Assembly (NCBI GenBank): GCA_032718475.1
Contig: JAUCBJ010006897.1
Span: 40,910-104,909, forward strand
Direction of reading: 5' to 3'
Length of the DNA stretch: 64,000 nucleotides
DNA from: Nemertoderma westbladi
Lineage: Eukaryota; Animalia; Xenacoelomorpha
In this document: piece after piece, positions 37,620 through 49,690 of the stretch
Layout: every line of letters starts with the position of its first letter
How positions within the stretch are numbered: position 1 is the first letter of the stretch
The notes under the pieces: model-generated
Database searches by the model: none
What the model was told of the DNA's origin: nothing
The model's input: the letters and a program-made list of their open reading frames with translations, nothing else
Program-made: the position numbers and the translations under genes

Positions 37620-39016
37620 TATTCTTATGATAAAGCAACTGATCAACAAAAGGCAAGTTATCATTCGTTACTGAATGATTTGCTGATAAATGTTTCTTTA
37701 GAGACTGATTGTCATAATTGCAATAATCTTTTATGTTCTAAACCTGAACATCGTTTGTTTATTGAAAAATACACAATGCAGCTATTGGAGGCTATTGATA
37801 ATGCAGCTGTGATTTTGCCACATACTGGAGGCGTTATAAACCGCAAGCGATTTCAAACATTGCCTGGTTGGAACGAACATGTGAGAGATTTTAAAATAGA
37901 TGCTATGTTTTGGCATGATGTTTGGAGTGCTGTGGGGAAACTAACTGGTGCTAATAGTTATCTCTTTCATAAACGCCGTACTACTCGTGCCCAATATCAA
38001 TATGCTATACGCAGGTTAAAAAAAGCGCAGGGTAACATTAAACGTAATAAAATTGTCAGGCCTGTTTAAATGGTACTACTGGTATTTTTGATGAAAACCA
38101 AAAATTTAGAAGGGAATGTGCGAGTGCAATCGAGTTCTATTAATGGTGAAACTGATTCGTCAGATATTGCGGATATTTTTGCTAATATTTATGATGTTTT
38201 ATATAATCAGAACATTTCTTGTGATGTGAAATTATCGTATGTTGAATCCAAGCTGGCTGACGAAATTAAAAAGATTAATAACACTAATGTGAATAATGTG
38301 AACCAACCCAATGGTACTGGCCTTAGTGAACTTTTATCGCCCCGTATTATACATGAGGCCTTACTGCGATTAAAGAATAATAAATCAGACGTCAGTTACA
38401 GTTTTGATTCCGGTGCACTGATTAATGGTGGTGCTTTTCTTGAAAGTCACCTTGCCAAGTTATTTAATGCTTTCTTATCACATGGCTTTGTGTCTAAATG
38501 TTTGTTATCTATTTCTATGATACCAATTGTGAAAAATAAGTTGGGGGACAATTCTTCAGATACTAATTATAGGGCTATTGCAATATCTGCGTTACTTTTG
38601 AAAGTTTTTGAGTGGGTAATGTTATTAGGGGAAGGTTCGAAATTAAAATTGGATGATCTCCAATTTGGTTTCCGTAGTGAATTAGACATTCAACGCCAGT
38701 TTTTGGGTGCCTGTTGGATTTCACGAAAGCTTTTGACCTGATCCAATGGCCAATTCTATTTTTGGAGTTACTAAAAAAGGGATTTTCTGTGTTATATCTA
38801 AGGTGTTTGCTTTTCATTTACTGTAATCAAATTTGAGCGGTGAAATGGTTAAATAGCGATTCGTTTAAATTCTCAATCACTAACGGAGTGCGTCAAGGTG
38901 CAGTATGCTCCCCTATTTTGTTTTGCATTGTTCTGAATATGCTGCTTAGTTCATTACGTAAATCTCAGGTAGGTTGCTTTATTGGTAATTATTATTTTGG
39001 GGTATTAGCGTACGCA
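37620..39016 (+). pseudogene. Non-LTR (RTE-X-like) RT fragment ending at YA of YADD
   Basis: LPGWNEHV..AMFWHDVW, PIVKNKLGD..NYRAIAI, LQFGF, LLDFTKAFD, GVRQGAVCSPILF and GVLAYA at the break. Confidence 0.88.
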
Positions 39017-39697
39017 TAATAGCTTTATAACAAACATGATATAGCCTACCCACCAGCCAGACAAGCAAAATAGGCAGCAATTGGCTGGTACTGAAGCATC
39101 CACCAGTACTGTACTGTATTACAGTATTAGTCAATTAGCCTAGTATTATTATACTTTACATATATACATATACAATAGACGCATTGCAGAGTACTGAAGT
39201 ATACAGTAGAATTGGTTTCACACAGTGTCAGAGTGTAGTTCAATCTGATTATACTCTCAAGTTTCTACCAATAATTTATATTTTACAATGAACGAAGACT
39301 TACGCACAATAAACATTGATCAGTGGTTGGATGATGGGGAATTTGTAGGGGAAGTTCCGGTACAGTATCTGAACGCAAGTGAATCATCTTTACGACAAGA
39401 AGAAAAATCAGGTGATGAAATATACTCCAGTATAACTCATTACTCTCATGAATCAGAAACTGATTCCGATAGTAATTATATTATATTATACCGAATCAGT
39501 CAGGAGGCAGGATCAGAGTCATCCTAGAGTTCCTCAGGAAATGAAACTATTGCAGCCATTGAGCGCAATACCTATGTATCAAAATCCGGCATAAAATACA
39601 TTGATTCACCCCCTCTAGCCTCTACCTACAGTCCCAATCCCAATAAACATTAACTTGGTTGTTTTGGCGGCCAAAATGACCAAAATGACCAAAATCA
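39014..39697 (+). repeat. Copy 2 of the ~670-bp duplication
   Basis: Matches 36652-37316, with an extra CCCACCAGCC (10 bp) and an extra GACCAAAAT unit. Confidence 0.9.
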
Positions 39698-40170
39698 ACT
39701 CCACTGTACGAGAACATGCCCTAGACGAGGATCACACCTTTAATTACAATGACTTCTCAATAATAGGTAGAGCTGATACTAAATACGACCTATTAATTAA
39801 AGAAAGCCTAGTTATCTCCCGCCACAGACCTACTCTAAATATTCAGGGAACCTCATTCCCTTTACTATTGTTCTAAAAACTACACACACGACATAGACCG
39901 TATCTACAGTACTATACAGTATGTATTAATTAATATTGGTGTTGTACTCATTATCAATTTAGTTGTCTGATTTCATGATTTTACCGTGCACTATTTTACT
40001 TAATTCAGTATTACGTATGCAAGTAGTTAGGCTCCTATATCTTCTCGTATTGTAATGTTTTCACATATTTTGCAGTAATATTACTAATTTAGAATGTAAT
40101 TTAAACTTTATGTATCTTACTGTAGTATTGGCTGATGATGGTTTAATGTAATAAATCGAAACGTTCCGCT
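39698..40170 (+). mobile_element. Penelope-like element 3' part (GIY-YIG C-terminus plus 3' repeat region)
   Basis: STVREHALDEDHTFNYNDFSII...LLIKESLVISRHRPTLN, followed by a hammerhead-like motif. Confidence 0.8.
40129..40168 (+). ncRNA. Putative minimal type I hammerhead ribozyme
   Basis: CTGATGA (40132-40138), stem II GGTTTA/TAAATC, then GAAAC-GT-T with palindromic ACGT. Stem I is only about 3 bp. Confidence 0.6.
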
Positions 40171-40382
40171 TAATTAATTAGGGCATTATTTTCATTCGCG
40201 CTAATTATTATAATTTTACTACGATTATATTTAAATGGGGGGAAACATTTTTATTTCAGGACACATTCGGCAAAAAATATATAAACAATAATATACAACA
40301 ATCCAATATCTTAAAACATTTTACATTTCTAGTATTTTCTAAGAAATTACAACATCAAAATTTAATAAAAAAACATAAGCAG

Positions 40383-40997
40383 TTGGCTCAATTTGCTGGT
40401 CAAAATATTCTTAAGTGTCAATTCCATCCACAGTTTCACCTCATTCGCCAGCATTTAACAAATCAAACCCAGTGCTGGACAACTGGCTGCACCAATATCG
40501 CTAGGTGGAGGTGTCCTTGGGGTCTGCCATATTACCATTGCGACGTTGGCATATGTCATCATCATGGTTCTGCTGCAATAAAATCCGGAGCAGAGACCTT
40601 TGTGGGAGATCTGGCCGTATTTGCTCAACAAGATCGGGAGTTCGATGACCCAATGGATGGGAATGACGAAGGTGATGACCACCCAGACGAGGGTGTTGGG
40701 CAGGATCCACTGGATCAATTTATGGATCCAGAGGAGGACAACGAGGTGGATCTGGAGTATGTGGAGCAGCACCTTGGGATCCTGGGCTCAAACGAACTCT
40801 ACAAGGAACATGATGACGAGTCTACTTTATATGCCAGTAGAGACAACGTCGTAGTGTGTGATGTGGCAACGACTTCCAGGATACACGTCCTCCTTAACGA
40901 ATATTACGGTGTATTACATAGGAAATACTCTGCCCACAAACAGGCGAATTTCAACCGCATACTCAGCCATATACCATCATTAACTCCAGAAGGTAAT
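40383..40997 (+). pseudogene. Divergent Helitron-type Rep gene, 5' part, interrupted by Gypsy
   Basis: Cys/His cluster and acidic tract. The frame resumes after the TSD as GN-VPLLFPEAFLFP at 45834. Confidence 0.7.
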
Positions 40998-41298
40998 TGT
41001 TAGATTATGTATTGTTAGGGCTCTAGTAGACCCTGGCTTGGTGGTGGTTAGATCCAACCTACTGGTCTTTTAGCTACCGGTCCTCTTCTGGTATTCCGGT
41101 ATTCAGTCTTTCCTATCTTCTAGGTCTGTAGGTACAGTAACCATTACTGGTACCTACTGTACTGCTGTACTGATGTGCTGTAAGGTGGTGGGTGTGTTCG
41201 TTGGTCTGTTGGTTCATATTATTGTTTGATATGCTGTTCTGTATGTCGACCATTAATAAACTGATGCAGCTGGTATTCATTTATTTCCGATCCCAATA
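40998..41298 (+). repeat. Gypsy 5' LTR (301 bp, TG...TA)
   Basis: By eye it differs from the 3' LTR by 2 substitutions and one 8-bp indel. Contains AATAAA. Confidence 0.97.
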
Positions 41299-41840
41299 TG
41301 GCGCAGTGATGTACTTGATGTTCCTACAACCCTATTCAAATGGTGGACATTCCAGTGCATTCAGCAGGTTAGATAATTCAACATTATTCTACCGGTCGCC
41401 TCTACTGATTCTGATCTAGGCCTAGCTACCTACCTATACTTCTGGTGGTGTACCTACTCCAGTACTCTTCTAAACTAAGCCCTTGGGACAGACAGTGGAG
41501 TGACTCGCGCTGGTTATCGTTGTCGTTGTGTAGCTACTACGTTGGCGAAAAACACAGCGACGACGGTAGCCTACATCGGCGCTGAGGACCTTGCGCTGTC
41601 CGGGGGCCGTGAGGGGTAGGCAGCGACGCCCGCAAGCCTAATTATAACTACCGGTACCTATTCAATTCACATTCAGCAGTCAGGCGGTATTCCAGTCTGC
41701 CAGTATTCGATAACTACAGATTTTGGCTGATTTGCGTGCAAAAGTTTTGCACATTTTTGCAAAATTTTTTCTTTTCGGATTTTTCAAATTTTTTCGGATA
41801 TTTAATTTCCTGAAATTTCTTTAATATTCAACAGTCAGAT

Positions 41841-43350
41841 ATGCCTACTAAAGCTGAACTCGAAATCGAACTGGAGGTTTTAAGAGAACAGTTGGCTGGT
41901 CGTGGTAATCCTGATCCCACCTCAGCTCTTCTACATGCTTTAGTTAAATCACAACGCGATTTGGCTGATTCCTTAGCACAATCCCAAGCCCAAAATGCCC
42001 ATCAATTTCAACAATTACTTGGTCAACCACATCAACCTGTAGTTCATCAGGCTGACTCAACCCCTCGTAATCTTCAAATTAAAGCACCAATTGCTTTAGA
42101 ACCGGATTTCAGTTTAGCAAAATTTGAAACTTGGAAGTCAGTTTGGGCGGATTATTATTCTGCATTTCAGATGGATAGAATGGCTAGGGATAGGCAAATC
42201 TGTATTTTCAGGAGTTACCTTTCTATAGGTATGCGCTCTACACTGGAACAAGTTATTGACATTCCTCCTGACACACATGATAATCCTTTAACAGTTCAGG
42301 TGTTAATAGATTGTATTCAAAGTTATTTTCGTGGTAAACGGAATATAGCCCTTGATTGTGTTCAGTTTGATAATAGGAAACAACGTCAAAGTGAAAATTT
42401 TGATAGCTACCTGGTTGCTATTAAAGATCTTGCTCGAGATGCTGATCTATGTCGTCATTGTTTCGATCGGCGGTTGACTACTCGAATTATGTCTGGTATT
42501 TCTTGCGAGGACACCAGATCTAAACTTCTTGCCTTGACTCCATTTCCATCGCTTGAAGATGCTGTAAATCTTTGTAGGTCTGAGGAATCAGCCCAAGCTG
42601 GAGTTCAGGATTTAAATAAACCCTTCAATCAACCAAGCTTCTCGACAATCTCGTTTTCACAACAAAAAGCCTTATAATTCCAGGCGCAACAATTCTTCTA
42701 AATCCAATTCCAGAAACAATTCTTCAACTACTGGCCCTATAGTTTGTTATGGTTGTGGTAAAACAGACCATAAACGCGCTGACTGTCCAGCAAGGAACAA
42801 AGATTGTTCTTATTGTGGCAAGGAAGGCCACTTTGCCAATGTTTGTCGGTCTAAACAAAATAATTTGAATTCATCTTCAAAACCTAAGACAAAAACCATT
42901 AGCCGCATCACCCTCAATTTGGTTGGAAGCCATAATCGACAAGCTCCGAAAGTATTTCTGAACTTCTGTCATATCGTAACAGGACATTTATTCGGTTCTT
43001 CAAAGCAACTCCAGATACTGGTGCTGAGGCCACTGTTGCCGGCTTAGATTTTCTTCAGGCCCTTTCTATTGACAAAGAAAATTTACTTCCACCAGACCAT
43101 GATGATCTTTCTGCTGCTAATGATAGTCTTCTTTCATGCATTGGTCTCCTCCACACCACAATTTCCTATGGCGAATATTCAACTGATGAGCTTATCTGCA
43201 TTTGTGAAGAAGTCGATGGAATTCTTTTGGCATGGTATACTTGTCAAAACCTAGGAATTATTTCAAGTTCATATCCAGAACCAGTGGCAGAAATTCAGTC
43301 TGTTGCTTCTTCTAATTCTTCTAATATGACACCTATTGGTATTAAAAACT
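41841..43350 (+). pseudogene. Gypsy gag and protease, disrupted
   Basis: ORF 41841..42677 (RKQRQSENFDSYL), then knuckles CYGCGKTDHKRADC and CSYCGKEGHFANVC, then protease ATPDTGAEAT at ~43006. Contains stops and frameshifts. Confidence 0.9.
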
Positions 43351-43662
43351 AAATTCCAACAACATCATTCAAGGTTGACTTCCATCTTTCTGATGAACCT
43401 TCGCCTTCAGAATGGGATACTGTTAAGCAGAAACTCATAAAGGCTTATTCTGATGTTTTTGACCAAGATGACAAACTTCGTCCAATGAATGGCCCACCCA
43501 TGACCATTTCATTAAAAGATGATGCCCAACCATATGCTATTCATACAGCCAGGCAACTTCCTTTAGCCATTAGAGACTGGGCTAAAGCTTGCTTAGAGAA
43601 AATGGTTGAACAAGGTATTATTTGTCCAGTTCTGGATAACGAACCAACTGATTGGGTCCATC

Positions 43663-44166
43663 CTTCCGATATCACTTCTGATATCACTTCCGATATCACT
43701 TCCGATATCACTTCTGATATCACTTCCGATATCATTTCCGATATCACTTCCGATATCACTTCCGATATCACTTCTGATATCACTTCCGATATCACTTCTG
43801 ATATCACTTCCGATATCACTTCCGATATCACTTCTGATATCACTTCCGATATCACTTCCGATATCACTTCTGATATCACTTCCGATATCATTTCCGATAT
43901 CACTTCCGATATCACATCCGATATCACTTCTGATATCACTTCCGATATCACTTCCGATATCACTTCTGATATCACTTCCGATATCATTTCCGATATCACT
44001 TCCGATATCACTTCCGATATCATTTCCAATATCACTTCCAATATCACTTCCGATATCACTTCCAATATCACTTCCGATATCACTTCCGATATCACTTCTG
44101 ATATCACTTCCGATATCACTTCCGATATCACTTCCGATATCACTTCTGATATCACTTCCGATATCA
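43663..44166. repeat. 42 x 12-bp CTTCCGATATCA array inside Gypsy pol
   Basis: 504 bp between WVHP (RT start) and NSIPDALSR (RNase H end). Frame preserved as (SDIT)n. Confidence 0.98.
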
Positions 44167-45472
44167 ATTCGATTCCAGACGCACTTTCCCGTGCCCCTGT
44201 TTCGGATCCTACTCCAGAGGATATTCTTTGTGATACAGATGTCAATGACCATGTTTCTGCAGTCATTCGTCACGTGTCTACCTCAATTGTTGTCTCTGAT
44301 GCTCCAAGTCATCTCAAGGATTCATATATTGAGTCTATCCGATCATCTGCAAAGGATGATATTTCTTACATGGCTTTGGTGGATGCTGTTATTTCTGGAT
44401 TTCCTTCAACATCCACACAATGTTCTGTGCACATATGCCCATTCTGGAATGTGCGACATCAGTTATCTTGTGAAGATAATCTCCTTTTATTAGGTTCCCG
44501 GATTGTAATTCCATCTTCCCTCCGCAAGGATGTCCTGAAGCACCTTCATGATGCTCATCAGGGCATTGAACGTTCTAAGAGGAGAGCTAGGCAAACTGTA
44601 TTCTGGCCTGGTATCAATAGTGATATTACAAACATAGTCAATTCTTGTCCCCAGTGTCAACTTTATCAACCAAGTTTACCTAAAGCGACCCTCATCCATG
44701 TCTTCCAATGGAGGATTGCTCTGCTGATCTTTTCTACTTCAGCACCTGGTCATACCTGGTTTATGTCGATAGATATTCTGGGTGGCCATGCGTTCATTCT
44801 TGGCGTGCCGATCCTTCCAGCTCTCAAGTTATTTCAGCTCTTCGAGGATGGTTCAAAGATTTCGGTATTCCAAAACGCCTTCGTTCTGATGGTGGTACAC
44901 AATTTAATTCAGCACGTTATCATGATTTCTTATCCGAATGGAATATCATCCCTGAGTATTCTACTCCTGAGTATCCTCAGTCTAATGGCCATGCAGAGGG
45001 GGCTGTAAAGGCCATGAAATCATTGATAAAAAAGTTAGATATCAAAGGAGATCTAAACTCTACTTGCTTTGTTCGTGGTTTGCTGGATTGGAGAAATACT
45101 CCTAAAGAACATGGTATGTCTCCAGCTCAACTGTTGTTCGGTAGATCCCTCAGTTCTACTATACCAGCTCATTCGTCCACACTGGCAGGTGATTCATTCC
45201 CTATCCCTGGTCCTTCAACGTCTTCAGCAACTGAATCATATTATAATGATCATGCTCACGACTTAACCCCGATTCCTATTGGTTCCCGAGTTTGCATCCA
45301 GAGTGCACATTCAAAACTATGGAACAAATCTGGTATCGTCCTTTCCCGTTCCATCCCAGATGACTCTTCTCTTCGTGACATAACGCCTCAAAAACAGGTA
45401 CAGTTCGCTGATGATCTTCCCAGGCGCAGTTCGAGAACTCACAAGCAACCAGCAAGATTCAGAGTTCAATGA
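44167..45472 (+). pseudogene. Gypsy integrase, frameshifted
   Basis: HDAHQG...FWPG...CPQC, ADLF, VDRYSGW, RSDGGTQF, PQSNGHAE, RNTP and SPAQLLFGR. Confidence 0.95.
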
Positions 45473-45540
45473 ACTGACCTATTGGTGGTGGTTGGATTTT
45501 TTTTCAGTACAAATGTCTCCTACATTGTTCTTGGGGGAGA

Positions 45541-45833
45541 TGTTAGATTATGTATTGTTAGGGCTCTAGTAGACCCTGGCTTGGTGGTGGTTAGATCCAA
45601 CCTACTGGTCTTTTAGCTACCGGTCCTCTTCTGGTATTCCGGTATTCAGTCTTTCCTATCTTCTAGGTCTGTAGGTACAGTAACCGTTACTGGTACCTAC
45701 TGTACTGATGTGCTGTAAGGTGGTGGGTGTGTTTGTTGGTCTGTTGGTTCATATTATTGTTTGATATGCTGTTCTGTATGTCGACCATTAATAAACTGAT
45801 GCAGCTGGTATTCATTTATTTCCGATCCCAATA
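45541..45833 (+). repeat. Gypsy 3' LTR (293 bp)
   Basis: Direct repeat of 40998-41298, preceded by the PPT and followed by the TSD. Confidence 0.97.
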
Positions 45834-47064
45834 GTAATGTCCCCTTACTTTTTCCTGAAGCTTTTCTTTTTCCTCTTGTTTTGTATTGGGTGCACTTCCT
45901 TCGGTTTTGTACTCAAACAGAACCGAAAATAAGCCCGGTCTGGCTTCTCTGTCCGATCACACAGAAATATGTTTACAAGGTGGAAATATAACACCAAAAA
46001 TTCTAGCCTATCTGGATTTCGTATTTGATATACTTCTAAATACTCAATTAAATGACAACTCTGCATCCCTACATCGCGGTCTGGAATTTTTAAACTTAAA
46101 AAAATTAAACTTGTATTAGGGAACAAAAACTAAATTTTAATGAAGTTGATTCTCGCAGAAAAGTGAAGGAACCTTAACAAAGGAGGGAGCTTGCACTTAC
46201 TTCATTACGTTGACATGTAATGATAGTGAGACACCGGGTGTGGCTCCAATAACAAATGTCATCAAACGCAAATACGGGCACACAGAGGACTACAAGTTTC
46301 AACTTGTTCGACGGGGTGTTGTTATGCTGAGAGCCTGGATGCGGACTGTACACATGTACTCCGATGGCTGTAATTCAGAGCAACCCGTCAGCCATGTGGA
46401 AAGCCTGTGGGCCAGAATGGAATTCCAGGACCAGAAGGCCATTGGCAATAAACCTCACATATACATGGGAATCACACTGCATAAGGAGGACACCGAAACA
46501 TCCCTCTCCAGAATTTGTTGCCAATCGAAAAGTTTGTTTCATGACTGTTTTGGGACTGATTTCTACAATTTAATTACAGAGGGGCTAGTATGGGATGTGC
46601 AGGATAAATTTAAATTTATGGACCATTTACAAAACTTGCAAACGCATAACTGCAACAGCGCGGGTGGGCGGTGTCAAAAACGCACTGATAAAAATGGCAA
46701 ACCAATTTGCCGATACACTAAATATCCGGAGTCAGGAAAATCGAAATTTGTCCCAAAAGAAAACCTGTACTCTGAAACATTCCTGGAGTCACTCTTAGAT
46801 TTAGAATTAGCCTTCAAGGATGACTATATTAATATTGTTGTCAATGATGAATTCGTTGCTGGGTCATATCAGTACGCTGCTATGGCACACGAATTCTTCG
46901 TTCCAACAATACCTCGAATATTTGCTCTAATGGGTGCCTGTACTAATGTACAGGTATGTGCTGTGCACTTTATGAAGGCCTATTTACTGAAATACAGCGC
47001 GGGCAAGGAGGAACATCGGAAACAATACGATAAACGATACCTTTTTCCCTATGGAAAAAAGTAA
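45834..47064 (+). pseudogene. Divergent Helitron-type HUH Rep domain, 3' part
   Basis: Motif 1 YFITLTCN (~46198), motif 2 RMEFQD...GNKPHIY, QTHNC...RC and motif 3 YLLKY. Confidence 0.8.
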
Positions 47065-47679
47065 GCCATAGGATTGCATTGAATTTACTTTTTTTCCCGG
47101 CGAAAAAAGTAAACTAAAATATTTTTGGTAGAATTTTTTTTTATTACATTACATGTGTCGAAAGAGCATCGATGCAGAAAAGGTTTGCACGTACTTTGAG
47201 CAATATCCATATGCTCAGACTCAAATGTTATTGCAACTTTAAAGTCTGCAAGTCGATCTCCAAAACGGAACTCAATATCCAATATTAGTTTAAGTTGTTA
47301 AGCGGCTCTTTCGTTACATATTAATTATTCGAGAACACTAAATTATTTAACATTGAGTAAGTCAGCATCAGGAGTTGAAGAATTCAGTAATTTGAATCGC
47401 AGTAACAATATGGAGGCAATATATATTATAGTAAAATACTCATTTCAATATATTTTGTAACACTATATTACTCTATCTTCTATTAAAGAATTGAGCTGCA
47501 AAAAAAGGTATCAATTTAAGAATAAATTTTCGTTTTACATAGGAAACAACGTAGCTAATCTTATTTCAATATTATCTAATGCACCGAGAATAGTGAAAAA
47601 AGTTCTACTTTTTACCCCATGTAATAACTAATTATTTATACTATTATGCAGGAAATGCGGCCGCGGCGGGACAATGGTT

Positions 47680-47860
47680 TCGGCGTGGCGACAGTTTCCT
47701 GTACGACCTGGCCTTCGCCATGACTATTAAAAAGAGTCAGGATCAGACCCTGAAGAAGGTACGCATATGGTTATATGAGCCATGTTTTTTACATGCCCAA
47801 CTCTGAAGTAGCTTCTTCAAGTGTTGGCCAGCCTGATAACCTTCACTACGCATTGAAAAA
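47680..47860 (+). pseudogene. Canonical Helitron helicase C-terminal fragment
   Basis: RQFPVR/LAFAMTIKKSQDQTLKKV..WLYEPCFLHAQL..ASSSVG, with frameshifts. Confidence 0.8.
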
Positions 47861-48339
47861 ACAGCCAATGGAATCACCCGATTGTAATTGATATGCTTCA
47901 TGAATGGGGACTACAAATTATCTAACAGGCGACACTGGAGATTGATTCGTGAGTCCGAGCCCAGATAAATTATCTACAAGGGGGTCACGTGTAATCCGAG
48001 CACGGAATGGAAGAATCGTAACTGAAAAATTTGAGCCACGTCGATTTTTTGGCCGGATCTCATCTGGAATCAATTTGTCTTATTTGATATTCCATTGCAT
48101 AATTGAGTGTACTTTACAACTTTAATTGGTTGAAATTAATTGTTTTGTTCAGAATGATTTGGTAATCAATTAAATTTGGTTATTATAAAGAATTATAATA
48201 TCTTATTATTATTGCCACTGGGTAAACTCATTAAGCAGAAATTCCCAAAGGAAGTTCAGTTCATCTTCATGACTTTCATTCATGACTTTTATTCCATTGA
48301 TAACACTTAATTTCTCACTTTGTGCCAGCTTGCAGTGTA

Positions 48340-49690
48340 ACTAGAAAGTCAGTCCGTGACCGAATTGGATATGCGGTTCTTATGTAAACCTAAAAACAAC
48401 ACAACGTGGGAGGATCCTTCGTGAGGATTCTCCCACACCGGGCGTAGGCGTTCCAACATTAGTATATAGAAAGTGAAGCTTACTCGGAGCGTTTTACGAT
48501 TTCCTAGGAATTATATACTCTGAAATTTGCCACGTTTGTAGTTTTTGTTATTCTAAGAATTTTGTACGCTTTTGTTTTTTCAATTTAGTCCCCCAACATT
48601 TCCAAATTGGCAACCAAAAGTGGATTTTTGCCCCAAATTGGAAACTTCTAGCACTAAATGGTGAAATTCGGAATGAAGGTGACTGAAATCTTCAAATGTT
48701 CTCCAGAGACTTTGTGCGCGGATAAATTTGCAAGTTTTATTAAAAAATTTCGTTTAGCCAAATTTGGCCATTTTGGCCACATTTTAATTTTACCCAAAAA
48801 ATATCCCGATGGTAAAATTTTACATTGTTTTGTCGCTATCACCAAAGCAGTTTGGCCATTTCGATTGAAACTCATACCGAATACATATCCAGTACAGTTG
48901 TTCATCGGGTCAAAATATTGGCCAAAAATATTAAACAGTATGCCAATAATTTAACTTTTGGCCAATTTTGGGCCAAATTTGGATATTTTTGACAATTTTT
49001 AAATCATTATAACTCTGTATCTTTTAATTAGAATGAAGCCGTTCCACTTGCGTTATATAGAGGGAAGATGGGAGTTCCATTACTGTTATTGATATTGTGC
49101 GTTACCTGAATATTAAGGGCCGGAAATTGGGGCCGAAAAATGGTAATTTTGGAAGTTGACAAAATAGGTTTTGGTAGAAAGTGGTTTTCTCCGAATTGTC
49201 TGTTTATATTTTTCTGAAACTTTAACATCACAGATGGATAAGATAGCTCTACATTTTATCCATTTAATGTTAATACAAAAAGTTTTCGCTTCTTGTAGTA
49301 AATAAGGGCCAAACTTAGGAAATCTGTATTTTCTTGAAATTTAGCCTAAAATTAGGCACTTAAAATGCGATATTTCGGCTTAAATTGCATTTTTCCGTAA
49401 ATCCTTCAAATTAGTTTCTTAGAATTGCTTTGGGCACATCCGTACCAAATTTCATGAAAATCTGAGCAAGTTAAGTATTTTTGGAAGTTTGGCAAATTTT
49501 GGCGAAATTTTTTTTCATTTTTTCATTTTTTTTTATTTTAGCCTCAGATTACTTCAAAATATACTATATAGGTACATTTTGGTGTGCTGAATCCGAATAT
49601 GCACGCCATATTCGATTTCGACATAGTGTGTAGGTATGACAGACAAATAAAAAAAGTCCGTTAAATGACCGTCTTTTTGAAAGTCTGAGC
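48340..49690. mobile_element. Possible Helentron-associated non-autonomous element
   Basis: AACTAGAAAG start, subterminal palindrome GGGAGGATCCTTCGTGAGGATTCTCCC, GACAGACA and a short hairpin near 49640-49680. Boundaries uncertain. Confidence 0.35.

Larger units (their letters stand above)
40998..45833 (+). mobile_element. Ty3/Gypsy LTR retrotransposon, RT/RNase H-deleted
   Basis: LTRs 40998-41298 and 45541-45833, TSD GTAAT (40993-40997, 45834-45838), PBS TGGCGCAGT at 41299, PPT GGGGGAGA at 45533-45540. Domain order gag-protease-(RT/RH)-integrase. Confidence 0.97.

Noticed and set aside
36652-39697. LTR retrotransposon or TRIM
   Set aside because: No TG..CA ends, PBS, PPT or TSD, and the interior is a LINE fragment.
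41283-41292. LTR end ATTTCCGAT as the seed of the 12-bp array
   Set aside because: Only a 7-9 nt match, best to a minority variant, and expected by chance.
43485-44493. Long (SDIT)n, (ISEV)n, (ISLP)n and (SDIG)n ORFs as real repeat proteins
   Set aside because: These are a by-product of a stop-free 12-mer read in several frames on both strands.
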